Below the pieces are notes generated by a model. The model was not told the DNA's origin, searched no databases, and saw only the letters and a program-made list of their open reading frames with translations. A stretch of 64,000 nt of DNA from Candidatus Gastranaerophilales bacterium (GTDB taxonomy: Bacteria > Cyanobacteriota > Vampirovibrionia > Gastranaerophilales > Gastranaerophilaceae): NCBI GenBank assembly GCA_944325655.1, contig CALVAW010000001.1, positions 80,651 to 144,650 on the forward strand, in the 5' to 3' direction. The translations under genes and the position numbers were made by a program. How positions within the stretch are numbered: the stretch's first letter is position 1; each line of letters opens with the position of its first letter. This document shows positions 45,683 to 55,655 of this stretch, one piece after another.

Positions 45683-47038
45683 ATGAAAAAACTATCTGCT
45701 CTAGTATTATTAACAACATTCGTATTTTGTTTTTTAATAAATCCGACTTTTGCAATAATGGAGAATAAGTCCAAGAATCTTCCCGCAACAACCATTCTGG
45801 ACTATATAAACTTTGATTGGTGGAAAAAACTTGATGATCCTTGTCTTGAAAAATATATAGTAACCGCAATAAATAATAATAATGATATTAAAACTGCAGC
45901 CCTAAAAATTGAACAGGCAAAACTTAATGTAACGGCAACAAGGGCAGGTCAACTGCCAACTATAGGAATAGGAGCATCTCCGCTGCTTTTAAAAATGCCT
46001 GAAACAACAAACACAAGCGGCTCAATTGCTCTACCCATAATGGCAAGTTATGAGCTGGATATATTTGGAAAAAACTGGGATAAAACAAAATCGTCCAAAA
46101 AACTATTGGAAGGAACAATTTATCAAACTCAAAGCTCAGACATAGCAATAATATCAATGGTTGCAACAACATATTATAACATTGTAAATTTAGACAAAAT
46201 AATTGAATTACAGAAAAAACTGGTAAAAGACAGAGAAGAAATATACAGACTGATGAAATTATCCAACGACAAAGGGATAGCTTCAACATCCGATTTAATA
46301 TTGGCGGAAAAGTCCTTTGTTTTAGCTCAAAATGATTTATTAGACTATGAAAAAGCAAGACAAAATGCACTTAATGCACTTGCGGTCTTAATAGGAGACA
46401 GTCCTAATAATACAAAAGAATACCAAAGGAGCTCATTAGACGAGCTAGGAATTGATTTTAACATACCAAACGAAATTTCATCAGACATTATCACAAATCG
46501 TCCTGACTATAAAGCGCTTGAAAAACAACTTGAAGCTGCAGGAATAGATGTCAGAGTAGCTAAAAAAGAATTTTTACCTACCATAAATATTCTTGGTCTC
46601 TTAACGTTTATAGCATCATCTTCAATGGGCTCAATGAGCTGGAAAAACAGCCTCTCTTTATTAGGCGCAAGCGCAGATTTACCTTTGTTCACAGGTTTTG
46701 TCAGAGTTGCTAACTTAAAATTAAACAAAAATAAATACGAACAACTTTTACAAAATTATCAAAAGACAAACTTAACCGCAATTCAAGAAGTAAATGATTC
46801 TTTATATAACTTAAAATCCAATAACGAAAAACTTTTAAACAATATAAAAGCTTACGATATTCAGAATCGTGACTATGAATATGCAAACGCAAAATATAAA
46901 ATCGGTGTAATATCAAAATTAGACCTGCTGCAACAGCACGAAAGTCTTTTATATATGCAAAAACTGCTTGCACAATCAAAAACCGACTGCTACATTGACA
47001 AAATAAGTCTATACAAAACTACGGGCGCAAAAATTTAA
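45683..47038 (+). CDS. TolC/NodT-family outer membrane efflux protein
   Basis: Signal peptide, NNNDIKTAALKIEQAK and NRPDYKALEKQLEAAGIDVRVAKKEFLP motifs. Divergent from marR-emrAB. Confidence 0.85.
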   Translation: MKKLSALVLLTTFVFCFLINPTFAIMENKSKNLPATTILDYINFDWWKKLDDPCLEKYIVTAINNNNDIKTAALKIEQAKLNVTATRAGQLPTIGIGASPLLLKMPETTNTSGSIALPIMASYELDIFGKNWDKTKSSKKLLEGTIYQTQSSDIAIISMVATTYYNIVNLDKIIELQKKLVKDREEIYRLMKLSNDKGIASTSDLILAEKSFVLAQNDLLDYEKARQNALNALAVLIGDSPNNTKEYQRSSLDELGIDFNIPNEISSDIITNRPDYKALEKQLEAAGIDVRVAKKEFLPTINILGLLTFIASSSMGSMSWKNSLSLLGASADLPLFTGFVRVANLKLNKNKYEQLLQNYQKTNLTAIQEVNDSLYNLKSNNEKLLNNIKAYDIQNRDYEYANAKYKIGVISKLDLLQQHESLLYMQKLLAQSKTDCYIDKISLYKTTGAKI

Positions 47039-48942
47039 ATATATTTTTCAGCTTCCTTCAAAACTTTATCCGATTCTTGCATTATTTGTTTATACTCTTG
47101 CGTTTGAGCTTCACTCAAAGAAGACGGATTTGCAGTAAATTCGCTTGAAGGAATATATGTTGCAGTATCTTGTATTTGTTCTGAAGCTTCATTTTCTTCC
47201 TTTGTAGCACCGCCTGAAGAAAAAAGATTTCTTTTACTGTTATTTATCAAATTAAGATTTGCAGGACTGACAAGTTTATCTTTCTGTTTTGTTTTAACTT
47301 CCTTGCCATCTAAAATATCCAAAATTAATTTGGGATTTGCTTGTATTTCTCTTAATAACATAGGATCCGATTGAATTTTAGCAAGCGCCTGAGGATTAGC
47401 TTTAATTTTTTCTTCAAGCTCACCTTGCGTTATACCAAGTTCCGGAATGAGTGTATTTCTTTGTTCCTGCAGCTGTTTTTCTTGCGCCGCTTCGCTTGCA
47501 TTATATGGTTTTCCAAAAATTTTATTTACTATTTTTTTAATCGGTTTTGCAAAGAAAGGAGAAAATATAAACATTATAAGTGCAAACCTCAATGCACCGC
47601 CTGCAGCTCTTAAAAATTTATTATTTGTTGCTCCGACTGCCCTTCCTGCAGCATCATATTCGTTAAGACCCATACCGAAAAATTTACCTATTAATCTTAA
47701 CGGTTTAGCAAAAATTCCTTTTTTAGAATCTAAATTTTTTAAACTTGCAAGTCCGTATGTTGTTGCAAAAGCTAAAGGAGTAGAAATTGCTATACTTCCC
47801 ATTGTGCCTATATAATCATCTGCTATTGTTGCGACTTTCTTTTCTTTCGGGGCATCTTGAACATTATTATATAAAGCCATTATAGAAGAACATAAAAATG
47901 CTCCCAAACCGGATTTATCATTTACAAAGTTTGAAATTGATTCTGTAGGAACGGTAATTGATTTTTGAACAAGAGAGCCTATTTTTGTATCCGCTAAAGA
48001 ACCGTTGACTACATTAAATTTTATTAATGAATCGCCAAGATTTCCTCTGCAAAAGCCTTTCCATTTGCCTTTAAATATTTTACTTCCGATACTATCGATA
48101 ATATTTACGGGCCACCATGAACTTATAACAGCCATTTTGCCCTTATCTTTCATTTTAATGTTTGTAAATTCACTAAAGTCAATACCATTATACGAACCTT
48201 TTTCAAGTCCTACAAAAAATTCCAACAACTCTCCTTTTGTTGTAAGTCCATGTTTATTCTTTATTGCTTCAGTTAATTTAGTACAAAAAGCCCTGTTATC
48301 AGCTACACCTTTTTTTATTTCATCAAAAAATTCTTTCCATCTGTCATCACCGACAAGGTTTTTTAAAGCATTTTGCGCTTTATCATCACTAAGATTGCTT
48401 ATTGTATTTTTCAATATATCAACGGGAGTTAAACTGAAAATACTGACAAAACCGCGCCCGTAACCTCTTGTAAAATCACATCTGGGTTTTGCGGGTCGAT
48501 TTTTTAAAGTAGTAGCAATATTATCTATGGTTTTTGATTTTCTTCTTAAAAATCCTACTAAATTACTTTTACCTTTTGAAAAGAAATCTGTAATTGAATT
48601 AAACCAAGACTTGCTCTTTAAAAATTCATCAACTCTAATTCCAAGCCTAGCCATTTTATCCGAAGATTTATTTCCGAAAAACGCAAGTCCGACAACAGTT
48701 GCTAATGTTGCACCAAGAGAAATAAAGAATTTTTTCGGATCTTTTATGCCAAGATTTTTTAAAGTTCTTGAAAAGAAATTTTCTTTAACATGTTCTTCGG
48801 TTTTTTCTTGAAATTCAGCTACATCTTGTTTTAATTTTTCTTTATCAATTGCAGTAAAACTCTCTTTGTCCTCAAATCTTTTTTTGACTTCGGGATTAAG
48901 AGAATTTGTCTGCATATTGTTTGTAAAATTTATAGTATTCAT
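47035..48942 (-). CDS. hypothetical membrane protein (635 aa)
   Basis: Long ORF with several hydrophobic segments (FISLGATLATVVGLAFF, GAFLCSSIMAL, MGSIAISTPLAFATTYGLA, ALRFALIMFIFSPFF) and an acidic/Gln-rich tail. No recognisable motif and no obvious SD. Confidence 0.6.
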   Translation of the reverse strand: MNTINFTNNMQTNSLNPEVKKRFEDKESFTAIDKEKLKQDVAEFQEKTEEHVKENFFSRTLKNLGIKDPKKFFISLGATLATVVGLAFFGNKSSDKMARLGIRVDEFLKSKSWFNSITDFFSKGKSNLVGFLRRKSKTIDNIATTLKNRPAKPRCDFTRGYGRGFVSIFSLTPVDILKNTISNLSDDKAQNALKNLVGDDRWKEFFDEIKKGVADNRAFCTKLTEAIKNKHGLTTKGELLEFFVGLEKGSYNGIDFSEFTNIKMKDKGKMAVISSWWPVNIIDSIGSKIFKGKWKGFCRGNLGDSLIKFNVVNGSLADTKIGSLVQKSITVPTESISNFVNDKSGLGAFLCSSIMALYNNVQDAPKEKKVATIADDYIGTMGSIAISTPLAFATTYGLASLKNLDSKKGIFAKPLRLIGKFFGMGLNEYDAAGRAVGATNNKFLRAAGGALRFALIMFIFSPFFAKPIKKIVNKIFGKPYNASEAAQEKQLQEQRNTLIPELGITQGELEEKIKANPQALAKIQSDPMLLREIQANPKLILDILDGKEVKTKQKDKLVSPANLNLINNSKRNLFSSGGATKEENEASEQIQDTATYIPSSEFTANPSSLSEAQTQEYKQIMQESDKVLKEAEKYI

Positions 48943-48978
48943 ATAAATATAAAAACATTTAAGACAAAATAATTGACA

Positions 48979-49053
48979 CTAAATTGTGCGATATTTTCTA
49001 TCGTATTCATTCACAAGAGTAATAACATCTGCTAAAAATCTGATAATTTTCAT
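48979..49053 (-). CDS. candidate 24-aa upstream ORF (MKIIRFLADVITLVNEYDRKYRTI)
   Basis: Strong SD AGGAGAG 7 nt before the ATG. Ends 36 nt before the start of the 635-aa gene, which itself lacks an SD. Confidence 0.25.
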   Translation of the reverse strand: MKIIRFLADVITLVNEYDRKYRTI

Positions 49054-49146
49054 TCTATTCTCTCCTAATATAATACCTATGTATATATAAAGTATTTACC
49101 GAAGAAATAATTGATGATTGTCAGATTTTTTTAACAAAATTTTACA

Positions 49147-50331
49147 CTAAATTTCCAAAAGCGCTTCACTAAGGCGTTTGATGCCTTCTTCTATAGTATT
49201 TTCATCCGCATTTGTATAATTCAAACGCAAAGTATTAACATCCTTACTGCTATCTATATAAAAAGGATTACCTGGAACGAAAGCCACATTCTTACCTATT
49301 GCTTTTTCGAACAGTTTAACGGATGATTTTCCTTCCTGTAATGTTACCCAACTAAACATTCCGCCCTTTGGAATAGTGAATTTAATATCTTTTGAAAAAT
49401 ATTTCTTCATTGCTTCAACCATTGCATTTGCTTGAATTTTATATAATTTTTTAATCTTTTCAATATGCTTGTCAAGGTCGTTATTATATAAATAATCAGA
49501 AATCAAATATTGACCGAATATATTTGAATGTAAATCCGATGCCTGTTTTGCCGTTTCAAGCATTTTAATAATTTCTTTATCAGCAATTACATATCCCAAT
49601 CGCATACCGGGAGTTACAATTTTTGAAAAAGAACCTAAATAAATATTTTTGTTTATTTGATTTAATCCTATATAAGGCAGCCTTTCATCATCGGTAAATC
49701 TCAATTCTCCATACGGATCATCTTGAATTAAAATCATATCCTCATCTTTTATAACTTCAAAAACTTCCCTTCTGTTTTCTAAGCTGTATGTTAAACCTGT
49801 AGGGTTTTGAAAATTGGGAATTAAATACGCAAGTTTCGGTTTATAAATTTTTACGGTTTTTTTCAGCTCCTCTATATCCAAACCGTCATCATTAAGTTTT
49901 GTTTGTATAAAATTTGCCTCATAAAGATTAAAAGCTTGCAAAAGACCCAGATAAGAAGGGCTTTCTACCATTACTCTATCATTTTCATTAACAAAAACTT
50001 TTCCGATTAAATCGAGCGCTTGTTGCGAACCGGTTGTAATAATAACATTTTCAATATCTATATCCATGTTCCAAATTTTTTTGTATCTTTGAACAATATA
50101 TTCCCTCAAAGAATCCAAACCCAAAGTTGTTGAATATTGATATATTTTCGCTTTATATTTATCAGCAATTCTATTCATTGAAATTTTAAGCTCTTCTTGA
50201 GGAAAAGACACCGGATTTGGAAGTCCGCCGGCAAAAGAAATAATTTCAGGCTTTTGTGTAACCTTAAGAATTTCTCTTATAAACGAAGAAGGGGTGTTTT
50301 TAATTCTTTTAGAATAAAATTTTTCAAACAT
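49147..50331 (-). CDS. PLP-dependent aminotransferase, class I/II (2-aminoadipate/aromatic type)
   Basis: ISFAGGLPNP, QQALDL, YLIPNFQNPTG, GSFSKIVTPGMRLGY (PLP-Lys). Confidence 0.8.
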   Translation of the reverse strand: MFEKFYSKRIKNTPSSFIREILKVTQKPEIISFAGGLPNPVSFPQEELKISMNRIADKYKAKIYQYSTTLGLDSLREYIVQRYKKIWNMDIDIENVIITTGSQQALDLIGKVFVNENDRVMVESPSYLGLLQAFNLYEANFIQTKLNDDGLDIEELKKTVKIYKPKLAYLIPNFQNPTGLTYSLENRREVFEVIKDEDMILIQDDPYGELRFTDDERLPYIGLNQINKNIYLGSFSKIVTPGMRLGYVIADKEIIKMLETAKQASDLHSNIFGQYLISDYLYNNDLDKHIEKIKKLYKIQANAMVEAMKKYFSKDIKFTIPKGGMFSWVTLQEGKSSVKLFEKAIGKNVAFVPGNPFYIDSSKDVNTLRLNYTNADENTIEEGIKRLSEALLEI

Positions 50332-50399
50332 ATAAATACTTCCTTAATATCCTTTTGCGTATAAATATTACAACAAAATCCTTATTTTGTCTTTAAATA

Positions 50400-52007
50400 T
50401 TAACTTTTTTCAAATTTAAAAAAACAAAGACCCAATATAAGCGGAATAATAATATAATCCTGATAAATATATCTTAAAAGCGCAATGGGTGAAAACAAAA
50501 CAGTTAAAAACAAAAATATAATTATACTCAAAGGCAAAATTGCTCTATATTGCCTTTTAAAAAATAATACAAAAAAGCCGCTCGCTAAAATCCAAAAATT
50601 CATCCCCATAGAAAACAAAATGAAAGTTATCGGATTTTTTTCAAAAGAATTAAACAGAAACACAGAATCATATAGTTTTCTTAATTGCGGAATAAAACAA
50701 TAAGAATAAACAGGAACTCCAAAAATATTATTCCAACGGTTATAAGTCAGAAGAAAAAAATGCTCCGCTATTGTTTTGTATTTTCCAAAAGGATAATAAT
50801 AAGAATAATTTTGAAGAAAAAATGCGTTTATATAATCCTTTGGATATAAAATCGCCCATTTTAAATATAAAGCAATAAAGAGTTTCGGATTACTTTTTAT
50901 GGATTTTTCTATAAAATCACTATGCAGCATGGAAGTATCAATTTTAATTGTATCAACACAATAAGGAAAATAAGAAAACGCTTTTTGCTTTGACACAATC
51001 ATTTCAAATGCTTTTTTATCAAGATTTGACAGCTTTTTATCCTGATACATTCGAACCCTTCCCGTTTGCTGCAGCGGAATTGAAAGATACGAAGCAATCG
51101 GAGGAGATTTTATATTGAATAAATTTTTAGCACTTGAAAATGAAAAATAAAACAAAACCGGAATCAAAAAACAAATAAAAGCTTTTTTGTATTTTTTCAA
51201 TGAAAATAAAATAAAAGGTAAGCTTAAAAAATAAGCTATAAAACCGTTATGCCTGAATAAAAATACAAAGCAAGCACAAAGTATAACTTTTAATATATTA
51301 ATATTTTTTTTGAAAAAATTTTCACTGTCATAAAACATCTCAATCAAAAAAAGAATATAAAGAAGAACAAATCCGCTAAAAAGCGTATCTTTGGTTGAAA
51401 TAAGGCACATCATCTGATTAATGGGATGAAAAGCAAAAAATATAAATGACAGTATTATTATAATTTTATTCATTTTAAATTTTGACATCATAAAAATACA
51501 ATATGCAAATATTGATGTCATTATAAGTAATTGAATTAATGTAAATATAAAAATCGGAAGTGTTGCAGAATTCAAAAGCAATCCGAAAAACCACACCAAA
51601 AAAATTAAAAAATTATGCAATATCGGATTTATTTCAATAAAATCGTTATTTACAAAAAAGTTTACCTGATATATGACATCATAAGTAAATAAACCCGGAA
51701 AATAAGCAAAAAAAGCAGGTATATAACAAAGAAAAATAAGTCCCCAAATTCGAAAAAAACATTTTTTATTATCTTTAAAAATAAAATCATTAATTCTGTC
51801 TGGAATTTTTAAATCAATTTTAATAATTATTTCGGGCAAAAATTTTAAAAATAAAAAGCTCAAAATAAAAATAATAAAAAAAGAAACTAAAAATATTTTT
51901 AAATTAAATTTAAAAATATCCGCATATTTTTCAAGAGAATACCCGGAACAAATAAAAAATGAAAAAACAAGAGAATATAAAAAAGAAAAATTAGCTATTC
52001 TTTTCAT
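50400..52007 (-). CDS. polytopic GT-C-like membrane protein (YfhO/ArnT-type candidate)
   Basis: 535 aa, at least 12 TMs with a soluble loop near the C-terminus. 17-nt overlap with the upstream GT2 gene. Confidence 0.5.
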   Translation of the reverse strand: MKRIANFSFLYSLVFSFFICSGYSLEKYADIFKFNLKIFLVSFFIIFILSFLFLKFLPEIIIKIDLKIPDRINDFIFKDNKKCFFRIWGLIFLCYIPAFFAYFPGLFTYDVIYQVNFFVNNDFIEINPILHNFLIFLVWFFGLLLNSATLPIFIFTLIQLLIMTSIFAYCIFMMSKFKMNKIIIILSFIFFAFHPINQMMCLISTKDTLFSGFVLLYILFLIEMFYDSENFFKKNINILKVILCACFVFLFRHNGFIAYFLSLPFILFSLKKYKKAFICFLIPVLFYFSFSSAKNLFNIKSPPIASYLSIPLQQTGRVRMYQDKKLSNLDKKAFEMIVSKQKAFSYFPYCVDTIKIDTSMLHSDFIEKSIKSNPKLFIALYLKWAILYPKDYINAFFLQNYSYYYPFGKYKTIAEHFFLLTYNRWNNIFGVPVYSYCFIPQLRKLYDSVFLFNSFEKNPITFILFSMGMNFWILASGFFVLFFKRQYRAILPLSIIIFLFLTVLFSPIALLRYIYQDYIIIPLILGLCFFKFEKS

Positions 52008-52701
52008 TATTTTGACCCTTAAAATACAAAATTGTTTTTAAAACCCTATAACCGTCAACAAAAGTGTTTAATTTGGATTTACTGCCCTTAGGTCTTTTTT
52101 TAATATTAATCGGAATTTCTTTTATTTTAAAATTATTTTTAAGGGCAAATATGGATATCTCTGTTTCAATTTCAAAACCCTCAGTTAAAATTTTTAAACT
52201 TTTTACAAGCCTGTTATTAAAAACCCTATAACCACTCATAACATCATTAAGTGATGCTTTAAAAAAAACATTTACAAGTTTTGTGATTAACTTGTTTCCA
52301 AATAAATGAAACATGCGACTGTTCTTTTTTTGAAAATTACCCGATAGCCTGTCTCCTACTATCATATCTAATTTTTCTTTTTTAATTAAATCAAGCATTT
52401 CAATACTTTTATCAACAGGATAAGTATCATCCGCATCTATTAATATATAATATTTTGCGGATATATCTTCAAACATTTGTTTTATAACGTTACCCTTGCC
52501 TCTTTTTGAAACATATTTTAAAACAACTTCCGAATTTTGAAATTTTTTAATCAATTTTACGGAATTGTCACTGGAGCCATTATCATATACGTAAATTTTG
52601 AAATTATGATTTTTTAAAACATTCAAAAAATCGGTTATAACTTTTTCAATTGTTTTTTCTTCATTAAAACAAGGTATTAAAACCGCAACTTCGCAATCCA
52701 T
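51991..52701 (-). CDS. GT2 polyprenyl-phosphate glycosyltransferase (DPM1/CsbB/ArnC-like)
   Basis: VAVLIPCFNEE, DNGSSD, IDADDTYP (DxD). ATG at 52701; the track ORF starts at TTG 52719. Confidence 0.8.
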   Translation of the reverse strand: MDCEVAVLIPCFNEEKTIEKVITDFLNVLKNHNFKIYVYDNGSSDNSVKLIKKFQNSEVVLKYVSKRGKGNVIKQMFEDISAKYYILIDADDTYPVDKSIEMLDLIKKEKLDMIVGDRLSGNFQKKNSRMFHLFGNKLITKLVNVFFKASLNDVMSGYRVFNNRLVKSLKILTEGFEIETEISIFALKNNFKIKEIPINIKKRPKGSKSKLNTFVDGYRVLKTILYFKGQNNEKNS

Positions 52702-52737
52702 TTGCAAATTATAGCACAAGGATAATATAATTAAAAT

Positions 52738-53430
52738 ATGGAATACAAAGCAAAAGATAACTTAAATATAATGAAATTTGCAAAAAATTATAACAATTTC
52801 ATTATAAAAAAATTATTAAATATAATAGAAAAAAATTCCTTTAAAAAAATTTTGGATTTCGGATGCGCAGACGGATATTTTATTGAAAACTTAAAAAAAA
52901 TAACCAATTTAAATATTATCGGAATAGATAACGATGTAGAATCAATTCTGATTTGCAAAAATAAAAATATTCAAATTTTTAAAAACTTAGAAGAAATAAA
53001 TTATAAATTTGATTTTATATATTCTCTAAACACACTTGAACATATTTTTAACGATTTAAAAATTTTAAAACATTTTAATTCAAAATTAAAAAACAACGGA
53101 AAAATATTTTTATATTTACCTGCTTTTCAAAAACTTTTTTCATCAATGGATAAAAAAACCGGACATTTCAGAAGATATAATAAAAAAGCAATAAAGAAAA
53201 AACTTATAAAGGCGGGATTTAAAATTGAAAAAATAGAATATTGTGATTTTTTAGGAATTATTGCCACTGTGATTTATATTATAAAAGATAAAATCAAACC
53301 AAATAACGGAAATATTAATAAAATTCAAATAAAGTTTTATGATAAAATCTTTATATTCAGCAGATTTTTGGATAAATTTTTTCATTATTTTGCGGGAAAA
53401 AATTTAATGATTGTTGCTTCAAAAATATAA
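52738..53430 (+). CDS. class I SAM-dependent methyltransferase
   Basis: ILDFGCADGYF (motif I), IYSLNTLEHI, GKIFLYLPA. Confidence 0.7.
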   Translation: MEYKAKDNLNIMKFAKNYNNFIIKKLLNIIEKNSFKKILDFGCADGYFIENLKKITNLNIIGIDNDVESILICKNKNIQIFKNLEEINYKFDFIYSLNTLEHIFNDLKILKHFNSKLKNNGKIFLYLPAFQKLFSSMDKKTGHFRRYNKKAIKKKLIKAGFKIEKIEYCDFLGIIATVIYIIKDKIKPNNGNINKIQIKFYDKIFIFSRFLDKFFHYFAGKNLMIVASKI

Positions 53431-53478
53431 TAATGGTAATATTTTAATTCGGAAGCATTAACATTAAACGGACAATAA

Positions 53479-54885
53479 ATGTTTAGTCAGGAAACAACAA
53501 AATTAAAATGGATTATTTTTACTGTCAGCGCCATTGGCGGATTTTTGGCGATGATGGATTCCAATACCGTTAATGTTGCATTATACGAAATTGCAAACGA
53601 TTTCAATATTAGCATAAGCGCAGCACAATGGGCAGTAACTGCTTATATATTAATTTTATCAACTTTTTTAACTCTTTTTGGAAAATTAAATGATCTTGTT
53701 TCAAGAAGCAATCTTTATGCTCTGGGCTACTTAATTTTTGCTGCGGGTGCATTTTTAAACACTTTATCGGTAGATTTAATAACGCTTGTGCTTTCAAGAA
53801 TTATACAAGCAACAGGAGCAAGCATACTTTTATCAAATAATTATGCAATAATTTCTTCAATTTTTAAAGGAAATGAAAGAGCCAAGGCTCTTGGATTTTC
53901 AACTGCTCTTATGGCGCTTGCTGGCATGTCGGGTCCTATAGCGGGCGGTTTTTTAATGCACTATTTTAATTGGCGGGCTATATTTATACCGAGCATATTA
54001 ATCGGATTGACGGGTGCTTACTATTCAAAAAAATATATTCCGGAAATAGTTCATAAATCTGAATTTAAGTTTGATTATTTTGGAATGATATATATGTTAA
54101 TTGCCATTTTGTCAATGCTTTTTGTTATTTCAAAAGGGCATGATTGGGGATGGACTTCTCATAGAATAATTCTTTTTGCATTACTTTTTTTAATTTTTTC
54201 AACCATATTTTATTTTCAGGAAAAAAAGATTTCTTACCCGGTTATAAATTTTGAGCTTTTTAAATCAAAAGTCTTTACTTACGGCAATTTTGCTCTTTTG
54301 GTAGCATATTTTGCGCTTTTTACCAATGCTCTTTTATTTCCTTTTTATACACAACAAATATTAAAACAAAGCCCTGTAATTACAGCGGTTTTAATTTTAC
54401 CATTTTCAATAATGTTTATGATTATGGCACTTTTAAACGGAAAGCTGACAAAAAAACTTCACAGCTCAATTCTCATGACAACGGGAACAATTCTTATAGT
54501 ATTAGGATATATGCTTTTTACAACAATAGATGATAAACTGACATACTGGAATATAATTATTGCTCAAGCTTTAATAGGAGCAGGCTCAGGATGCTATCAG
54601 CCAAGCGTCAATGCTCTAATCGTATCTGTTGCACCCATGGGCAAAATGGGAATAGCCTCAGGAATTTTAGCTATGTTCAGAAATGTTGGTATGCTTTTAG
54701 GAATTACAATTTCAATAAGCATTTTTGATTTCGCAAAAAATTTATCTTTAAAAGAAGGAGCAAATGAAGTTGTTGCATTTATCCAAGGCTACCATTCCGC
54801 AATTTATTGGGCTATATTTTTCGGAATCATTTGTACAATCCTTTCATATATGTCTCACAAGGCATATAAAAATGAGAAAAATTAA
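53479..54885 (+). CDS. MFS transporter (DHA2-like, 14 TM)
   Basis: 468 aa. MDSNTVNVALYEI, GKLNDLVSR, repeated 6+2+6 hydrophobic pattern. Confidence 0.8.
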   Translation: MFSQETTKLKWIIFTVSAIGGFLAMMDSNTVNVALYEIANDFNISISAAQWAVTAYILILSTFLTLFGKLNDLVSRSNLYALGYLIFAAGAFLNTLSVDLITLVLSRIIQATGASILLSNNYAIISSIFKGNERAKALGFSTALMALAGMSGPIAGGFLMHYFNWRAIFIPSILIGLTGAYYSKKYIPEIVHKSEFKFDYFGMIYMLIAILSMLFVISKGHDWGWTSHRIILFALLFLIFSTIFYFQEKKISYPVINFELFKSKVFTYGNFALLVAYFALFTNALLFPFYTQQILKQSPVITAVLILPFSIMFMIMALLNGKLTKKLHSSILMTTGTILIVLGYMLFTTIDDKLTYWNIIIAQALIGAGSGCYQPSVNALIVSVAPMGKMGIASGILAMFRNVGMLLGITISISIFDFAKNLSLKEGANEVVAFIQGYHSAIYWAIFFGIICTILSYMSHKAYKNEKN

Positions 54886-54962
54886 TTAAAATTATCAATT
54901 TGCATTATTTAATTTATAATAGTAAAATTTAATTATAGAGATAGTATAGACGGTAGCAAAAG

Positions 54963-55631
54963 TTGCAAGCTAAATTAAAAGACTATATCGATATAATACA
55001 AAAAGTTGCAAGGGTAGAATATAAAAGAATTCCAAGTCACATGTTGGATTGCGAGGAATTAGTTTCTATTGGCATTATTGCCCTTCAAGCTTTATTCAAA
55101 AACAAAACAGAAGAACAATTGGAAAACTACAATTCATCATACATAGCAACAGCTGTTCGATGGGCAATTAGAAACGAATTAAGAAATCGTTATAAATGGT
55201 ACACTTTGAAGCATAAAAAAGAAAACGGAGCAGAAGATGAATCATCCGAAGAATATTCAGATAATCAATCTGCGCTTGATGTTTCTCCTTCAAAAGTAAG
55301 AGAAGCAGTCTATGAAACAATATTATCCATCGACTCCATTATGGCAGCAAGCTCGGATAATGAATCACCTTTTGATTTTATAAAAGACACATCGGCTACC
55401 CCTGATGAAAAAGCCGAAATTTCGGAATTAAGCAAACTAATAAAAGAAGCAATTTCAAAATTACCTCAAAAAGACAGAACTATAGTTGAATACAGATTCT
55501 ATCGAAATATGCAGGTAAAACAAATTGCAGCAATGGTTGGTTTGTCGAGTTCTCGCATTACAAGGATAGTGCAGGCATCTTTAAACCACGTACGAGAATA
55601 TCTGCAAAAGCGAGGGCTTACAAATTATTAA
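54963..55631 (+). CDS. sigma-70 family sigma factor (group 3, FliA/WhiG-like) with acidic linker
   Basis: Region 2 (YIATAVRWAIRNELR). Region 4.2 HTH (VKQIAAMVGLSSSRITRIVQASLNHVR). TTG start. Confidence 0.7.
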   Translation: MQAKLKDYIDIIQKVARVEYKRIPSHMLDCEELVSIGIIALQALFKNKTEEQLENYNSSYIATAVRWAIRNELRNRYKWYTLKHKKENGAEDESSEEYSDNQSALDVSPSKVREAVYETILSIDSIMAASSDNESPFDFIKDTSATPDEKAEISELSKLIKEAISKLPQKDRTIVEYRFYRNMQVKQIAAMVGLSSSRITRIVQASLNHVREYLQKRGLTNY

Positions 55632-55655
55632 TTTTTTAAGTTTAAGGAGAGGATA

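Noticed and set aside
44959-45869. Track ORFs 44959..45330, 45129..45395 and 45630..45869 around the marR region.
   Set aside because: They lie antisense to or overlap the EmrA-like, MarR and outer-membrane-factor genes, or the intergenic operator region. Their translations are low-complexity Phe/Leu-rich.
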